This document shows, piece by piece, positions 50,460 through 60,262 of a stretch of DNA of 64,000 nucleotides (position 1 is its first letter; the number at the start of each line of letters is the position of its first letter). This stretch comes from Candidatus Kapaibacterium sp. GTDB lineage: Bacteria > Bacteroidota > Ignavibacteria > Kapaibacteriales > Kapaibacteriaceae. The stretch lies in the NCBI GenBank assembly GCA_044345485.1, contig JBIJAX010000001.1, forward strand, positions 25,452-89,451, read 5' to 3'. The translations under genes and the position numbers were made by a program. The notes under the pieces were generated by a model, which did no database searches, was not told where the DNA came from, and saw only the letters and a list, made by a program, of their open reading frames with translations.

Positions 50460-51620
50460 TCAGTCAACTCTTGATACTCTCGAATCTGTTTGTAGGGACG
50501 ACGGTGGGTTAACTATCACCGTCGTCCCTTTTTTTATTCCCTCGTGTATCTCAACGAAGTTCTTTGAGCGGCGTCCAAGCTTCACTGATTTCTGCACTGC
50601 CCTACCTTCATCTACAACAAACACCGATGTATCTGCACCTCGAACGGCAATGGCGTTCGAAGGAATCCGTAGCACACGATCAGCTTTCCACAACGTAATC
50701 TCTATCCTCACCTTGTATGCATCACCAAGCCGAACAGGCCACTGCGACACAATGACAATGTTGACACGTTGTTCTTCAATTCCAAGAGCAGACAACTTTG
50801 TGAAAGCGGCCGGTTCAATGCGCTGAACGGATGCCGAGATACTTCCAGCTGCACCAATATCAATGGATGCACTCATTCCAGCTCGTATCAATGCCGCATC
50901 TGCACTCAACAATTCAGCTACAATTTCAACAGAGTCAAATGTACCTAGCTCGTAGAGGGTTTGTCCAAGCGGAAGGATACGCTCCTGCTCAACAAACTTG
51001 CGCAACACTACTCCCTTAGCTGGACTGCGGATGGGGAGACCTGTCGACAAAAACGTGTTCAACATCGATGCTAGTGCCTGACTCTCATACTCGGACTGCA
51101 GAACGCGGAGTTCTGCTGAACGGAGTTCTGTTGCGGCTTGATTGTATCTCAAAAAGGCCTGCTCCCAAGAAGATTGCGCTACCGCGCCTATTCGAACAAG
51201 TCGCTGCTGCCTGTCTGCATCCAGCTTCAACTGCTCCACTTGAGGTTTGAGTCCATCTCGAGTTGTCCTTGCAACCTCCACAAGCTTGCCAAGAGCTAGG
51301 ACTTTATTCAGGAGTTCGTGTTCTGTGCGCTCATCCAAGCTAACTGGCTTGTACCTGCCCATGACGTCACCACGATGAACTGGATCACCTGGCTCTATCG
51401 CAGACGGGGTATAAACGCTAGCGACGGGAAGTGAGATGAGAACTTTCTGTCGTAATCGAACTTTGCCGTCACATGTTATCACACTCTCGATCACGCCAAG
51501 GTCTGCAGTTATGGTTTCAACGTCCACGGCGGCAGGCCTGGCAAGCAGATACACAATACCTGTAGTGAGCAGCGTCATTACTCCCCATACAGCGTACCTT
51601 GTTGCTATTGACGATTTCAT
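50460..51620 (-). CDS. HlyD-family periplasmic adaptor (membrane fusion protein) of ABC efflux system
   Basis: An N-terminal TM anchor, coiled coil and lipoyl/beta-barrel domains are present. It lies downstream of the permease and ATPase genes. Confidence 0.75.
   Translation of the reverse strand: MKSSIATRYAVWGVMTLLTTGIVYLLARPAAVDVETITADLGVIESVITCDGKVRLRQKVLISLPVASVYTPSAIEPGDPVHRGDVMGRYKPVSLDERTEHELLNKVLALGKLVEVARTTRDGLKPQVEQLKLDADRQQRLVRIGAVAQSSWEQAFLRYNQAATELRSAELRVLQSEYESQALASMLNTFLSTGLPIRSPAKGVVLRKFVEQERILPLGQTLYELGTFDSVEIVAELLSADAALIRAGMSASIDIGAAGSISASVQRIEPAAFTKLSALGIEEQRVNIVIVSQWPVRLGDAYKVRIEITLWKADRVLRIPSNAIAVRGADTSVFVVDEGRAVQKSVKLGRRSKNFVEIHEGIKKGTTVIVNPPSSLQTDSRVSRVD
50495..50535 (+). 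terminator. strong intrinsic terminator of secA, located inside the 3' end of the convergent hlyD-like CDS
   Basis: A perfect 12-bp stem gggacgacggtg / caccgtcgtccc has a 10-nt loop and is followed by seven T residues on the plus strand. Confidence 0.7.
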
Positions 51621-53986
51621 ATGCGTTCCTTCAGTACAGCAACAAGATCAAGCCGTTGCAGCATGAAGTAGATCCTAAGGGCTACAAAAGCCGATACGAC
51701 TATAATCACTGATGCCGATATGAGAACAGTCATACGCGACACGACAAACGGAATTCGGAGGAAGTCGGCTTCAACTGAGGTAGAGATCATATAGCTTAGA
51801 GCAATGCCTATGGCAACTCCGACTGGGATACCAACAACAGTTACGATGTACTGTTCACCAAGAATGATACGCGCGACCTCTCCAACTGTAAATCCCTGAA
51901 TCCGCATTGATGCCAGTTCAGCAGAGCGGTCTGCAATCACTATCCTGGCGTTGTTGTACAGTACGCCGATTGCAACTAAACATGCGAGCAGAAGCAGGTA
52001 TAGTGCAACTACCAGTACGTTCCCACCGTACACTTCAGTGAAACTTGCAATTGCTACATCGCGAAAGAGTACGCCAATAACGGCAGGACGATCTTTGAGC
52101 TTCGATTGGATCTGAACGGTTTGCTTCGGATCAGATTCGATGAAAGCACCATTGGCAAGGGGCTCTTCATGGCACAATGCTGAGAGTTCCTCTATGGTCG
52201 CATAGCACTGCGCCCCAAGCGCTTCCCGAGGCGTGCTGGCAAGTACCATGCTAACGGTGTCTCGCCGGTACTCAAGAAGAGCAATGCGCACAGTATCACC
52301 GATGTGCATTCCGAGCCGCTTCGCCAGATATTCTGTCATCGCCATACCTGCAAGCGGCACAGGCTGACGAATTCCATCGCCGTCGACGATCCGTATGAGA
52401 CGCGAATCAGGATTTCTACTCGAAAGTGTTGTACGATAGATTTCACTCGACGCAAGAACATCAACAGCGATAGATCTGAAAGGCTCTGATCGAGTAATTC
52501 CATCTATTGACTCTAACTCACGCGCCGCAGCAAATGGCACAGCTCGATTGAAGGTAACGGTTGCGCTGGCGAGCTTCGATTTGTCGTACTCAACATGCAT
52601 CATGTGATCCATAGCATCATCAATGTACCGAGCCAAGAGAATGATCGACGTTGCAAGTGCGATCATCGCCAGCACCACAATCGAAGGCAAAAGGCGTCTA
52701 TCAATATTCTGCAGCATTAGCCTCGTGGTCGTCTTGACATGACATACGGTACTGATGTGAGTCAGCGGTCCAGGATGAAATGTCTTTGGTGCTGGAGGCT
52801 TCATTGCTTCTGCCGGCTGCATGTTAAACACAGATCGAATGGCTCCTGCCGTACCTGCAACGGCAGCAAGCACAGCAAGGCCGACCGCAATCAGCATTGC
52901 ATCATTGGGGATGGCAAAGATCAACCGTGGAAAACGATAGAACTCCATATACCAATCAGCTAGCCGGATGCCCCCTGCATATCCGATAGCAGTACCGATG
53001 ATTGTTCCGAGTGCAACAACAACCATGGCCATAACGACATAGTGTCCGGCAATCGCACCGCGTGAGTATCCAAACGCACGAAGAACAGCGATGATACTGC
53101 GCTGAGACACCACCAGTCGGCTGATTGAGATGTTTAGTAAGAATATTGCAACACCGTAGATGATGCTCGGAATGATCAATGCGGATACTTCATTCTGCCG
53201 TATTTCATCTGTGATAAATCGGTGAGACAACTGGTCATTTCGCAATGATGTACCGAAGGAGCCGAATGGTCGAACAATTTCATCAAGAACGGGTCTCAGT
53301 CTAGACGGGCTTACGCCAGAACGCACTCGCAGTGCAGCTGAATTCCATCCGCCGATCATATTGAATCTCGTAGCCAGCACATCATCATGCATCCACAAGA
53401 CACCGTTACGTCTGTTGTCGAGCATCAACGTGCCCGGACTCATGATAATGAGATACTCCGGAGATATAGCCGTGCCAGCGATCCTGAGGCGAGTTCGAAT
53501 CCCATTGAGCAACACCGAAATGGAATCTCCAACGCTGAGGTTGTTCGCCTCTGCAAAAGGGGCATAGAGTACCACGGCTGCTACAGATCCCGCATCAGGC
53601 GCTGATCCACGCACATAGTGCAGGGAAGACAAAGAGGAACTATCATCGGTGGGTAGCGATACAACTTCAGCCGATGCAACCTCTTCAAGTCCGGGAATGT
53701 CAACAGAAACGCGGTGTCGCAGCCGAAGGCGCACATCCGAAACTCCATCAACTTGAGACAGGGCCTTATGCATACTATTCGGGGCCTGCTTTACATCAAT
53801 AAATATGTCTGGGTACCCTTGAGCCTGGTAATACGTCTGCAGACTAATCATCAATGAAGAATGCATGCTTCGCATCATGATGAACGTTGCACTTCCTGCT
53901 GCAACAAGCAGAATGATGGCCACTAGCTGACCGCGCAGCAGGCGCATGTCTCGCAGAGCCTTGCGCATAAGCGCAGGGATCACCAC
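51617..53986 (-). CDS. ABC transporter permease with two FtsX domains (MacB/YbbP-like, 789 aa)
   Basis: Two repeats each carry a large periplasmic loop and a four-TM FtsX module. It shows translational coupling overlaps with its neighbours. Confidence 0.75.
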   Translation of the reverse strand: MVIPALMRKALRDMRLLRGQLVAIILLVAAGSATFIMMRSMHSSLMISLQTYYQAQGYPDIFIDVKQAPNSMHKALSQVDGVSDVRLRLRHRVSVDIPGLEEVASAEVVSLPTDDSSSLSSLHYVRGSAPDAGSVAAVVLYAPFAEANNLSVGDSISVLLNGIRTRLRIAGTAISPEYLIIMSPGTLMLDNRRNGVLWMHDDVLATRFNMIGGWNSAALRVRSGVSPSRLRPVLDEIVRPFGSFGTSLRNDQLSHRFITDEIRQNEVSALIIPSIIYGVAIFLLNISISRLVVSQRSIIAVLRAFGYSRGAIAGHYVVMAMVVVALGTIIGTAIGYAGGIRLADWYMEFYRFPRLIFAIPNDAMLIAVGLAVLAAVAGTAGAIRSVFNMQPAEAMKPPAPKTFHPGPLTHISTVCHVKTTTRLMLQNIDRRLLPSIVVLAMIALATSIILLARYIDDAMDHMMHVEYDKSKLASATVTFNRAVPFAAARELESIDGITRSEPFRSIAVDVLASSEIYRTTLSSRNPDSRLIRIVDGDGIRQPVPLAGMAMTEYLAKRLGMHIGDTVRIALLEYRRDTVSMVLASTPREALGAQCYATIEELSALCHEEPLANGAFIESDPKQTVQIQSKLKDRPAVIGVLFRDVAIASFTEVYGGNVLVVALYLLLLACLVAIGVLYNNARIVIADRSAELASMRIQGFTVGEVARIILGEQYIVTVVGIPVGVAIGIALSYMISTSVEADFLRIPFVVSRMTVLISASVIIVVSAFVALRIYFMLQRLDLVAVLKERI

Positions 53987-54705
53987 ACGAGGTCCTTCGG
54001 TGCAGTTCGCTTCTCTACGGAATAGGTATCAACAATCTCACCACTGCGCATCAGGACAACTCGATCCGCCATCTTCGCTATTGATGCATTATGCGTGATG
54101 AGCACAACTGTTGTGTCGAATCTCTGATGTATCTGTTCGATCACATCGAGTACTACGATCCCCGTTGCAAGGTCCAGTGCACCGGTAGGTTCGTCGCAAA
54201 GTAGCACGTCTGGCCGCTTTGCAATTGCACGGGCAATTGCAACACGTTGCTGTTCGCCCCCTGAAAGCTGAGATGGGAAGTGGTCCATTCTATCGGCAAG
54301 CCCCACAAGCCCCAACATTTCTTCAACGTCAAGAGGGTCTTCTGTCAGATCTGTTACTAACTGAACATTCTCACGGGCCGTGAGAGATGGTATCAGATTG
54401 TAGAACTGGAATACAAAGCCAATTGAACATCTGCGATATGACGTGCGCTGCGTGTCTGAAGCAGATGTGAGGTCGGTCGTTCTGAATCGGATTGCGCCTG
54501 TCGTCGGTACATCGAGTCCACCAATGATGTTCATTAATGTAGACTTTCCGCTGCCTGACGCTCCCAGAATTACAACAAGCTCTCCCCTGCGTATCGTGAT
54601 ATTGATGTTCTTCAGAGCAACAACATCCACTTCACCCATCCTGTATGACTTTCCCAAATTCTCCAGGACATAGAGTGCTTCCAGATCATCGTGGCTGCCA
54701 TGCAT
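53980..54705 (-). CDS. ABC transporter ATP-binding protein (MacB/LolD-type)
   Basis: It has Walker [11 protein letters not shown], the signature [14 protein letters not shown] and Walker [12 protein letters not shown]. Confidence 0.9.
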   Translation of the reverse strand: MHGSHDDLEALYVLENLGKSYRMGEVDVVALKNINITIRRGELVVILGASGSGKSTLMNIIGGLDVPTTGAIRFRTTDLTSASDTQRTSYRRCSIGFVFQFYNLIPSLTARENVQLVTDLTEDPLDVEEMLGLVGLADRMDHFPSQLSGGEQQRVAIARAIAKRPDVLLCDEPTGALDLATGIVVLDVIEQIHQRFDTTVVLITHNASIAKMADRVVLMRSGEIVDTYSVEKRTAPKDLVW

Positions 54706-54733
54706 GTGTATTGTGAAGCGAATTCGCTACGTA

Positions 54734-55513
54734 CTACGCTTCTTGCACTATGATGTCTGCATCATGAGTAACAACGACGTAGTGTGATGGTTTGTCGGTC
54801 CAGGAACCACTATTCACATAACGCACTCCATCCTGCATGACATCCATTGCATGATGTGTATGCCCGGCAAAGACAACCGATGCATCATGCACCGTGCGGC
54901 CATGCCGAGATGCCTCATCGGCAACCTTGGCACTCATGCGGAGGAACTTCTTGCTAGTTCTCTTCACGAAGCGTGATGCTTTATGTTTTGGATCAACCTT
55001 CTGGAAGAAGTAGTAGAAACCTGACGCTATTGATGTAATCACGGGGTGCGTTGTAACCCACTTATCAAACTGATGCCCGTGAATGGCTAGAAATTTCTTG
55101 CCGTTCATCTCCCACGTATACTCTTCGAAGACTGGTACTCCCAGCAGATGGGACAGGATTTCTGCTACCCCACCGTCGTGATTTCCAACGACCCACACAA
55201 CATCAACCGCAGTGCGAGGGTTAGATAGTTTTCGAAGAAACGAGAGGAATTTCCAGTCATCTTTCGATAATCGCTTGAAGTTCAGACCGTCAAATACATC
55301 ACCGTTCAGGATTAGTCTTCGGTATTCATGCGTGCGCAGAAGCTGCACAAGTGGCTTAGCACGAGACACTTCTGAACCAAGATGTATATCTGATACGATT
55401 ATCGTATCGACACTCATTCTCTCTACGTGAGTAAGGGGCTGGAGCTCAGGATCGGCAAACTCCGGCCCCAGCTCGTTATTGATTTCGATCTGAACGTCTG
55501 AATGCATAGACAT
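54734..55513 (-). CDS. calcineurin-like metallophosphoesterase
   Basis: VSDIHLG ... NGDVFD ... GNHD ... GHTH are the phosphoesterase motifs. The start is ambiguous between 55513 and 55417. Confidence 0.65.
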   Translation of the reverse strand: MSMHSDVQIEINNELGPEFADPELQPLTHVERMSVDTIIVSDIHLGSEVSRAKPLVQLLRTHEYRRLILNGDVFDGLNFKRLSKDDWKFLSFLRKLSNPRTAVDVVWVVGNHDGGVAEILSHLLGVPVFEEYTWEMNGKKFLAIHGHQFDKWVTTHPVITSIASGFYYFFQKVDPKHKASRFVKRTSKKFLRMSAKVADEASRHGRTVHDASVVFAGHTHHAMDVMQDGVRYVNSGSWTDKPSHYVVVTHDADIIVQEA

Positions 55514-56252
55514 GCTGCTTGAAATAATTTTGCGGATACTCGATGCCGATGCCGTAAGCACTCGGTTTAGAATCGGTTGGACGAAACGCAGTACCGAACA
55601 TCCAGTCCCATATAGCGAGTTTGGTCGAGAAGTTCTTGTTGTGGGCAGCCCCATCCCGAGCATGATGCCAACGATGCATCTCGGGTCCGTTAATGATGTA
55701 CTGCAGCCAACCTGTTCTCACATTGATGTTCGAATGGATGTACATGCCCCAGGCGGCATCGACAGCCCCCTTCACGACGGCAATCTCGGGAGAGGCAAGG
55801 AGCAGTATTGGCGCGAACTCTACCGTTTGATTCACGAGAATCTCGAGAGAATGCGAGCGGCTGCCGCTTAGCCAGTCAACGTCAACTGTTGAATGATGAG
55901 CTTCGTGAAGTCTCCACAGGTAAGGGTTCGAATGCTGCCACCGGTGGAACCAGTAAATGTAGAAGTCGTGTATTACGAAGAACAGGGCAAACTGTGCAGT
56001 GAAAGGCAACCCACGAACTGCATGCCATCGCTCAAAGCTCGTATGATCGTCGATCACATTGATCAGATACGAGATCACCAATCCCATAATGTAACTCTGC
56101 AGGAGTGCATACATGACGAGATCTGTGGCAAACCCTTTACGTGTAAAGCTCTGCGATTGGTATGGATACCTGCGCTCCAATGCGATGAGCACTAGAGCAC
56201 AGAGCACTATTGACAGCGCTGAGAAGACTCGTATCATATCAATCGCATCCAC
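55476..56252 (-). CDS. fatty acid hydroxylase / sterol desaturase superfamily membrane protein
   Basis: Multiple TM segments carry His boxes HRWQH, HEAHH and HRWHHARD. Confidence 0.7.
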   Translation of the reverse strand: MDAIDMIRVFSALSIVLCALVLIALERRYPYQSQSFTRKGFATDLVMYALLQSYIMGLVISYLINVIDDHTSFERWHAVRGLPFTAQFALFFVIHDFYIYWFHRWQHSNPYLWRLHEAHHSTVDVDWLSGSRSHSLEILVNQTVEFAPILLLASPEIAVVKGAVDAAWGMYIHSNINVRTGWLQYIINGPEMHRWHHARDGAAHNKNFSTKLAIWDWMFGTAFRPTDSKPSAYGIGIEYPQNYFKQHVYAFRRSDRNQ

Positions 56253-56256
56253 AGAA

Positions 56257-57153
56257 TTACGCTCCGATCTCAGTGGAGATTACCTTACGCAGTTTCGCCC
56301 GCGGCCCCAGTTCACTTTCATAGACTCTCTTGACTCCGTCTCCAAGTGAAGCTTCTACATCACGAATGTCTCTGATCAGCCGCGCCAGTCCACCGAGCTC
56401 GACACTTGCAGCCTGATCTGTACCCCACATCGCGCGATCAAGGGTAATGTGGCGCTCAACAAACGATGCTCCTAATGCAACAGCAGCTGCTGTTGTTGTA
56501 AGCCCCACTTCGTGACCTGAATATCCAATTGGTACTCCTGGGTATCGTCCCTTGAGTGTCTCGATCATTCGAAGATTCAGTTCCTCTGGCTTACACGGAT
56601 ACGTTGATGTTGCGTGGGCGATCATCAAGTTTTCCGTACCAATCTCATCGACGGCAGCCCCGATTTCTTCCATCGTAGACATACCAGTTGATATGATCAA
56701 TGGTCTACCTGTGGCGATCATGGTATTGAGCAGATCAAGATCTGTAAGTGATGCACTTGCAGCTTTGTAGAACGGCACATTAAAGTTCTCTTCCATAAAT
56801 GCCACAGCCTCGATATCCCAGCACGATACAGTCCAATCAATACCGCGACGCTTGCAGTATTCATCGATCACTGTGTAATCATCGGCATCGAACTCAACCT
56901 TATGACGGTAATCGATGTACGTCATGCGGCCCCACGGCGTATCCCGCTCGAGGTGCCACTGATCTTTGGGCACGCATAGCTCGGGCGTCCTTTTTTGAAA
57001 CTTCACACAGTTTGCACCAGCCTGCACTGCACCGTCTATCATCGCGAGTGCATTGTCAAGCGACCCATTATGGTTGATACCAATCTCTGCGATCACGTAG
57101 ACAGGATGGCCATCCCCAATCACTGCCGAACCGATGTTTCGAATACGTTTCAT
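56257..57153 (-). CDS. NeuB-family PEP-condensing sugar synthase lacking the C-terminal SAF domain
   Basis: VIAEIGINHNG, KFQK, ISTGMS, GYSGHEVG and ERHITLD match the sialic acid synthase TIM barrel. It is only about 300 aa and shows no AFP/SAF-like C-terminus. Confidence 0.7.
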   Translation of the reverse strand: MKRIRNIGSAVIGDGHPVYVIAEIGINHNGSLDNALAMIDGAVQAGANCVKFQKRTPELCVPKDQWHLERDTPWGRMTYIDYRHKVEFDADDYTVIDEYCKRRGIDWTVSCWDIEAVAFMEENFNVPFYKAASASLTDLDLLNTMIATGRPLIISTGMSTMEEIGAAVDEIGTENLMIAHATSTYPCKPEELNLRMIETLKGRYPGVPIGYSGHEVGLTTTAAAVALGASFVERHITLDRAMWGTDQAASVELGGLARLIRDIRDVEASLGDGVKRVYESELGPRAKLRKVISTEIGA

Positions 57154-57184
57154 TTGCCCACTCCTCATTGTGTTGTACAGATAA

Positions 57185-57988
57185 TTACCAAGCAGTCCAT
57201 CCACCGTCTACAATCAGATTGTGTCCTGTCATGTACGCGCTTGCATCGCTTGCGAGAAACACGAGCGCTCCCTCATAGTCACTTGGGGATGCCATCCTTC
57301 CCATAGGTGTACGCTGCGAGTACTTCTCTTGGAATGTGTCTGAATGACCGTTTTGCACTCCTCCAGGCGAGAGTGTGTTTGCGCGCACCCCTGCCGTGCC
57401 CCAATAGGTCGCAAGAAACTTGGTGAGCATCAGCACTGCACCCTTACTGGCTGGATAGGCTGAACTCTTATACATCTGTTGAACACCGTTTGAGTCTTGG
57501 TACAGTCGCTGATCGGGAGCAACCACACCGTAGGTAGAGCCAATGTTGATGATCGAGCCACCGCCCTGCTGGGCCATTATGGATCCAAGAACCTGGCACA
57601 TAAGAAAGGTGCCGGTAACGTTTACCTCCATGACTCGCCGAAACAGTTGGACCGGATACTGTTCAAATGCTGATTGTTCAGCAGATGACAAGGGGCTCTC
57701 AACAGCGTCATTCATTGCTGCGTTGTTCACCAGGATATCAATTCGACCATGCTCATTCAAGATCATGTCACGCAGTTCCATGACACTTTCTTGATCAGTC
57801 ACGTCCACGTAGGCGCCAGCATGCTGTGGTCCAAGGTGTTCTGCGATCCTGCGCGCCTGAGCAGCTTGATTATCGCAGGCATAGACAATTGCTCCCGCGT
57901 TTGCTAACGCTGCACAGTGCCTCCTGCCAAGTAGTCCCGAGGCTCCAGTTACAACAGCCACGCGATCATGTAGCGAGAAATCCATCAC
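57185..57988 (-). CDS. SDR-family oxidoreductase
   Basis: The TGASGLLG Rossmann motif and YxxxK (YPASK) are present. Confidence 0.8.
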   Translation of the reverse strand: MMDFSLHDRVAVVTGASGLLGRRHCAALANAGAIVYACDNQAAQARRIAEHLGPQHAGAYVDVTDQESVMELRDMILNEHGRIDILVNNAAMNDAVESPLSSAEQSAFEQYPVQLFRRVMEVNVTGTFLMCQVLGSIMAQQGGGSIINIGSTYGVVAPDQRLYQDSNGVQQMYKSSAYPASKGAVLMLTKFLATYWGTAGVRANTLSPGGVQNGHSDTFQEKYSQRTPMGRMASPSDYEGALVFLASDASAYMTGHNLIVDGGWTAW

Positions 57989-59322
57989 GGCTGGAGTACT
58001 CCTCGGTTGTGTCGAGGCTTCGTATTGAAATTTGATGTTTTACGAAAGACGGGTTCTACAGGCTTGCCCCGGAGCGCAGCCGCCAGTGTTCCAGAATCAA
58101 CATGCTCTTTCAGGCTGGGCAGAATGTCACTATATGCCTCGATCGTGTGATCAACATCGTGCTGCGTATGTGCAGCTGAGATGTTGTGCGTTCCCGACCA
58201 GAGAACTCCACGAATAAGGAGCTCTTGCTGCAGATACGACTTCATTACGAGTGGATCTCCGTATGCGGAGTTAAAGTTGATCATCGTGCGCATGCCGAGA
58301 CCCTGACATGACATAAAGTCACATCCGTATCGTCCGATAGCATTGTTGATACCATCCTTGAGTGTTGTGCCAATTGCATGAATACGAACTGGGATACTCT
58401 CATCTCGAATGATCTTCATTGTGGCTTTCGCAGCCGCAAGCGACAGTGCCTCTCCGCCAAATGTGGTAAAGAAGAATACATCGTGCTCGAGATGGCGCAT
58501 GATCTCTGCCTTACCGGCAAGAACCGAGAGTGGCATGCCATTAGCAATCGCTTTTGAATAGCAGACTAAGTCAGCTTCCACACCATAGTATTCTTGTGCG
58601 CCCCCTCCGGCAATACGAAAGCCAGTCCACATCTCATCGAAGATCAAGACGATGCCACGTTCATAGCACAGTTCGCGCAGGTCCTCGAGAAACCCATGCT
58701 GAGGTTCTTCAAACACAACTGGCTCGAGAATGATCGCAGCTGTATCATCGTCCACGGCATCGATCACGCTCTGGATGTTGTTATATGTGAACGTATATGT
58801 AAGGTTCTTTACGGCCTCGGGAATACCAGCAGACCGATCCGTAACTGCGATGTACCAATCATGCCATCCATGATAACCACAGCAAAGTATAGTGTTACGT
58901 CCTGTATGCGCGCGTGCAAGCCGCACAGCAGCCGACGTAACATCACAACCAGTCTTTGAGTATCGAACACATTCGACAGAAGGTATCATTTCTCGTAGGA
59001 GTTCTGCTACTTCAACCTCAAGCGGATGCATGAGTGAAAACGTAATTCCGTCGTGAAGCTGCTCTTCGATGGCTCTGTTGATTACAGGGTGTGAGTAGCC
59101 AAGAACAATAGGTCCCACCCCCATTGTATAGTCCAGATAGCGATTATCATCTACGTCCCACAGATATGCCCCCTTACCACGTTGTGCATAGGATGGAGCA
59201 ACACCTTGAACATACTGCTGAGGTCCTTTGGCAAGAGTCTGTGTAAATGCTGGTATGATACCTTCTGCTCGCTGTAGCAGTTCCTGAGAACGACGAATCG
59301 GAGGAAGTGTGTGATTATTCAT
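57985..59322 (-). CDS. class-III (GSA-aminomutase-like) PLP-dependent aminotransferase
   Basis: Fold-type-I class III motifs are present (GAYLWDVDDNRYLDY, the DEMWTGFR PLP region, and a Lys in YSKAIANG). Confidence 0.75.
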   Translation of the reverse strand: MNNHTLPPIRRSQELLQRAEGIIPAFTQTLAKGPQQYVQGVAPSYAQRGKGAYLWDVDDNRYLDYTMGVGPIVLGYSHPVINRAIEEQLHDGITFSLMHPLEVEVAELLREMIPSVECVRYSKTGCDVTSAAVRLARAHTGRNTILCCGYHGWHDWYIAVTDRSAGIPEAVKNLTYTFTYNNIQSVIDAVDDDTAAIILEPVVFEEPQHGFLEDLRELCYERGIVLIFDEMWTGFRIAGGGAQEYYGVEADLVCYSKAIANGMPLSVLAGKAEIMRHLEHDVFFFTTFGGEALSLAAAKATMKIIRDESIPVRIHAIGTTLKDGINNAIGRYGCDFMSCQGLGMRTMINFNSAYGDPLVMKSYLQQELLIRGVLWSGTHNISAAHTQHDVDHTIEAYSDILPSLKEHVDSGTLAAALRGKPVEPVFRKTSNFNTKPRHNRGVLQP

Positions 59323-60262
59323 AGGTCTGCTCCTCGTGGATATGTGTGGTGATAAACGTCTCTATCCGCGCCGCGATAGTTATCGGATCCATTCCCTCGT
59401 GAGCCAACACCTCCTGAAGCCTGCCTGGCTTGAACCATGAGGACAGTGCAATTGGGAGCACGCGAGCATGATGTTCTAGATGATGACGAAGCAGCACTTC
59501 TCCCACGATCGAGAAGAGTCCACCGGTCACAAGATGATCCTCGAGCGTCACAACAACACTTGCATGTTGTAGTTCTTCGACAATACGTCGTTCGTCAACT
59601 GGTTTCAATGTTCGCATGTTGATAAGCCGTACGCGGATATCTTTTGCCTCGAGGAGTGGGATGACTGCGTGTGCAATCCTGCACATGTATCCATATGTAA
59701 GGATAGTTACATCTATTGCAGCCGAATCGGATGAATGAAGCACCTCTGCAACGCCAGGGATAAATGGCTCGGCATGCACAAAGCTTGCAGGCATGCCGAT
59801 GTAGCGGACGTAGTAGGGCTTTCCTTCAGTGATCAAATAGTCCATACCTTCGACGAATTCGTCGATATCACACGGACAGAACACACCGATGTTTGGTATA
59901 CCCCTCATGATAGCCACGTCTTCAATGGCTTGGTGTGTTGGCCCATTACCGTCACTAAGGACTCCAGGCACCATACCAACCATGATCACTGATGCATTTG
60001 GGATTCCGACGTCATCGCGGATAAACTCATACGATCGCATAGTAATGAAGGCTGCAAGAGCATGCGTAACAACTGTCCTGCCTCGCATTGCCATACCTGC
60101 AGCCATGCCTATCATCGTCTGCTCTGCAATGCCGACATCGATAAATCGCTCACCAAGAAGCGGCGGTACGGTTCGCAGATGGCCCCTATTTTCTGCGGTG
60201 AGAACCATGAGTTCGTTAGAATTCTGACAATGTCGCAGCAGCAGTTCCTCATATGGATTCAT
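59315..60262 (-). CDS. transketolase, C-terminal (pyrimidine-binding) subunit
   Basis: The motif IDVGIAEQTMIGMAAGMA is present. Split TK organisation. Confidence 0.8.
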   Translation of the reverse strand: MNPYEELLLRHCQNSNELMVLTAENRGHLRTVPPLLGERFIDVGIAEQTMIGMAAGMAMRGRTVVTHALAAFITMRSYEFIRDDVGIPNASVIMVGMVPGVLSDGNGPTHQAIEDVAIMRGIPNIGVFCPCDIDEFVEGMDYLITEGKPYYVRYIGMPASFVHAEPFIPGVAEVLHSSDSAAIDVTILTYGYMCRIAHAVIPLLEAKDIRVRLINMRTLKPVDERRIVEELQHASVVVTLEDHLVTGGLFSIVGEVLLRHHLEHHARVLPIALSSWFKPGRLQEVLAHEGMDPITIAARIETFITTHIHEEQTYE

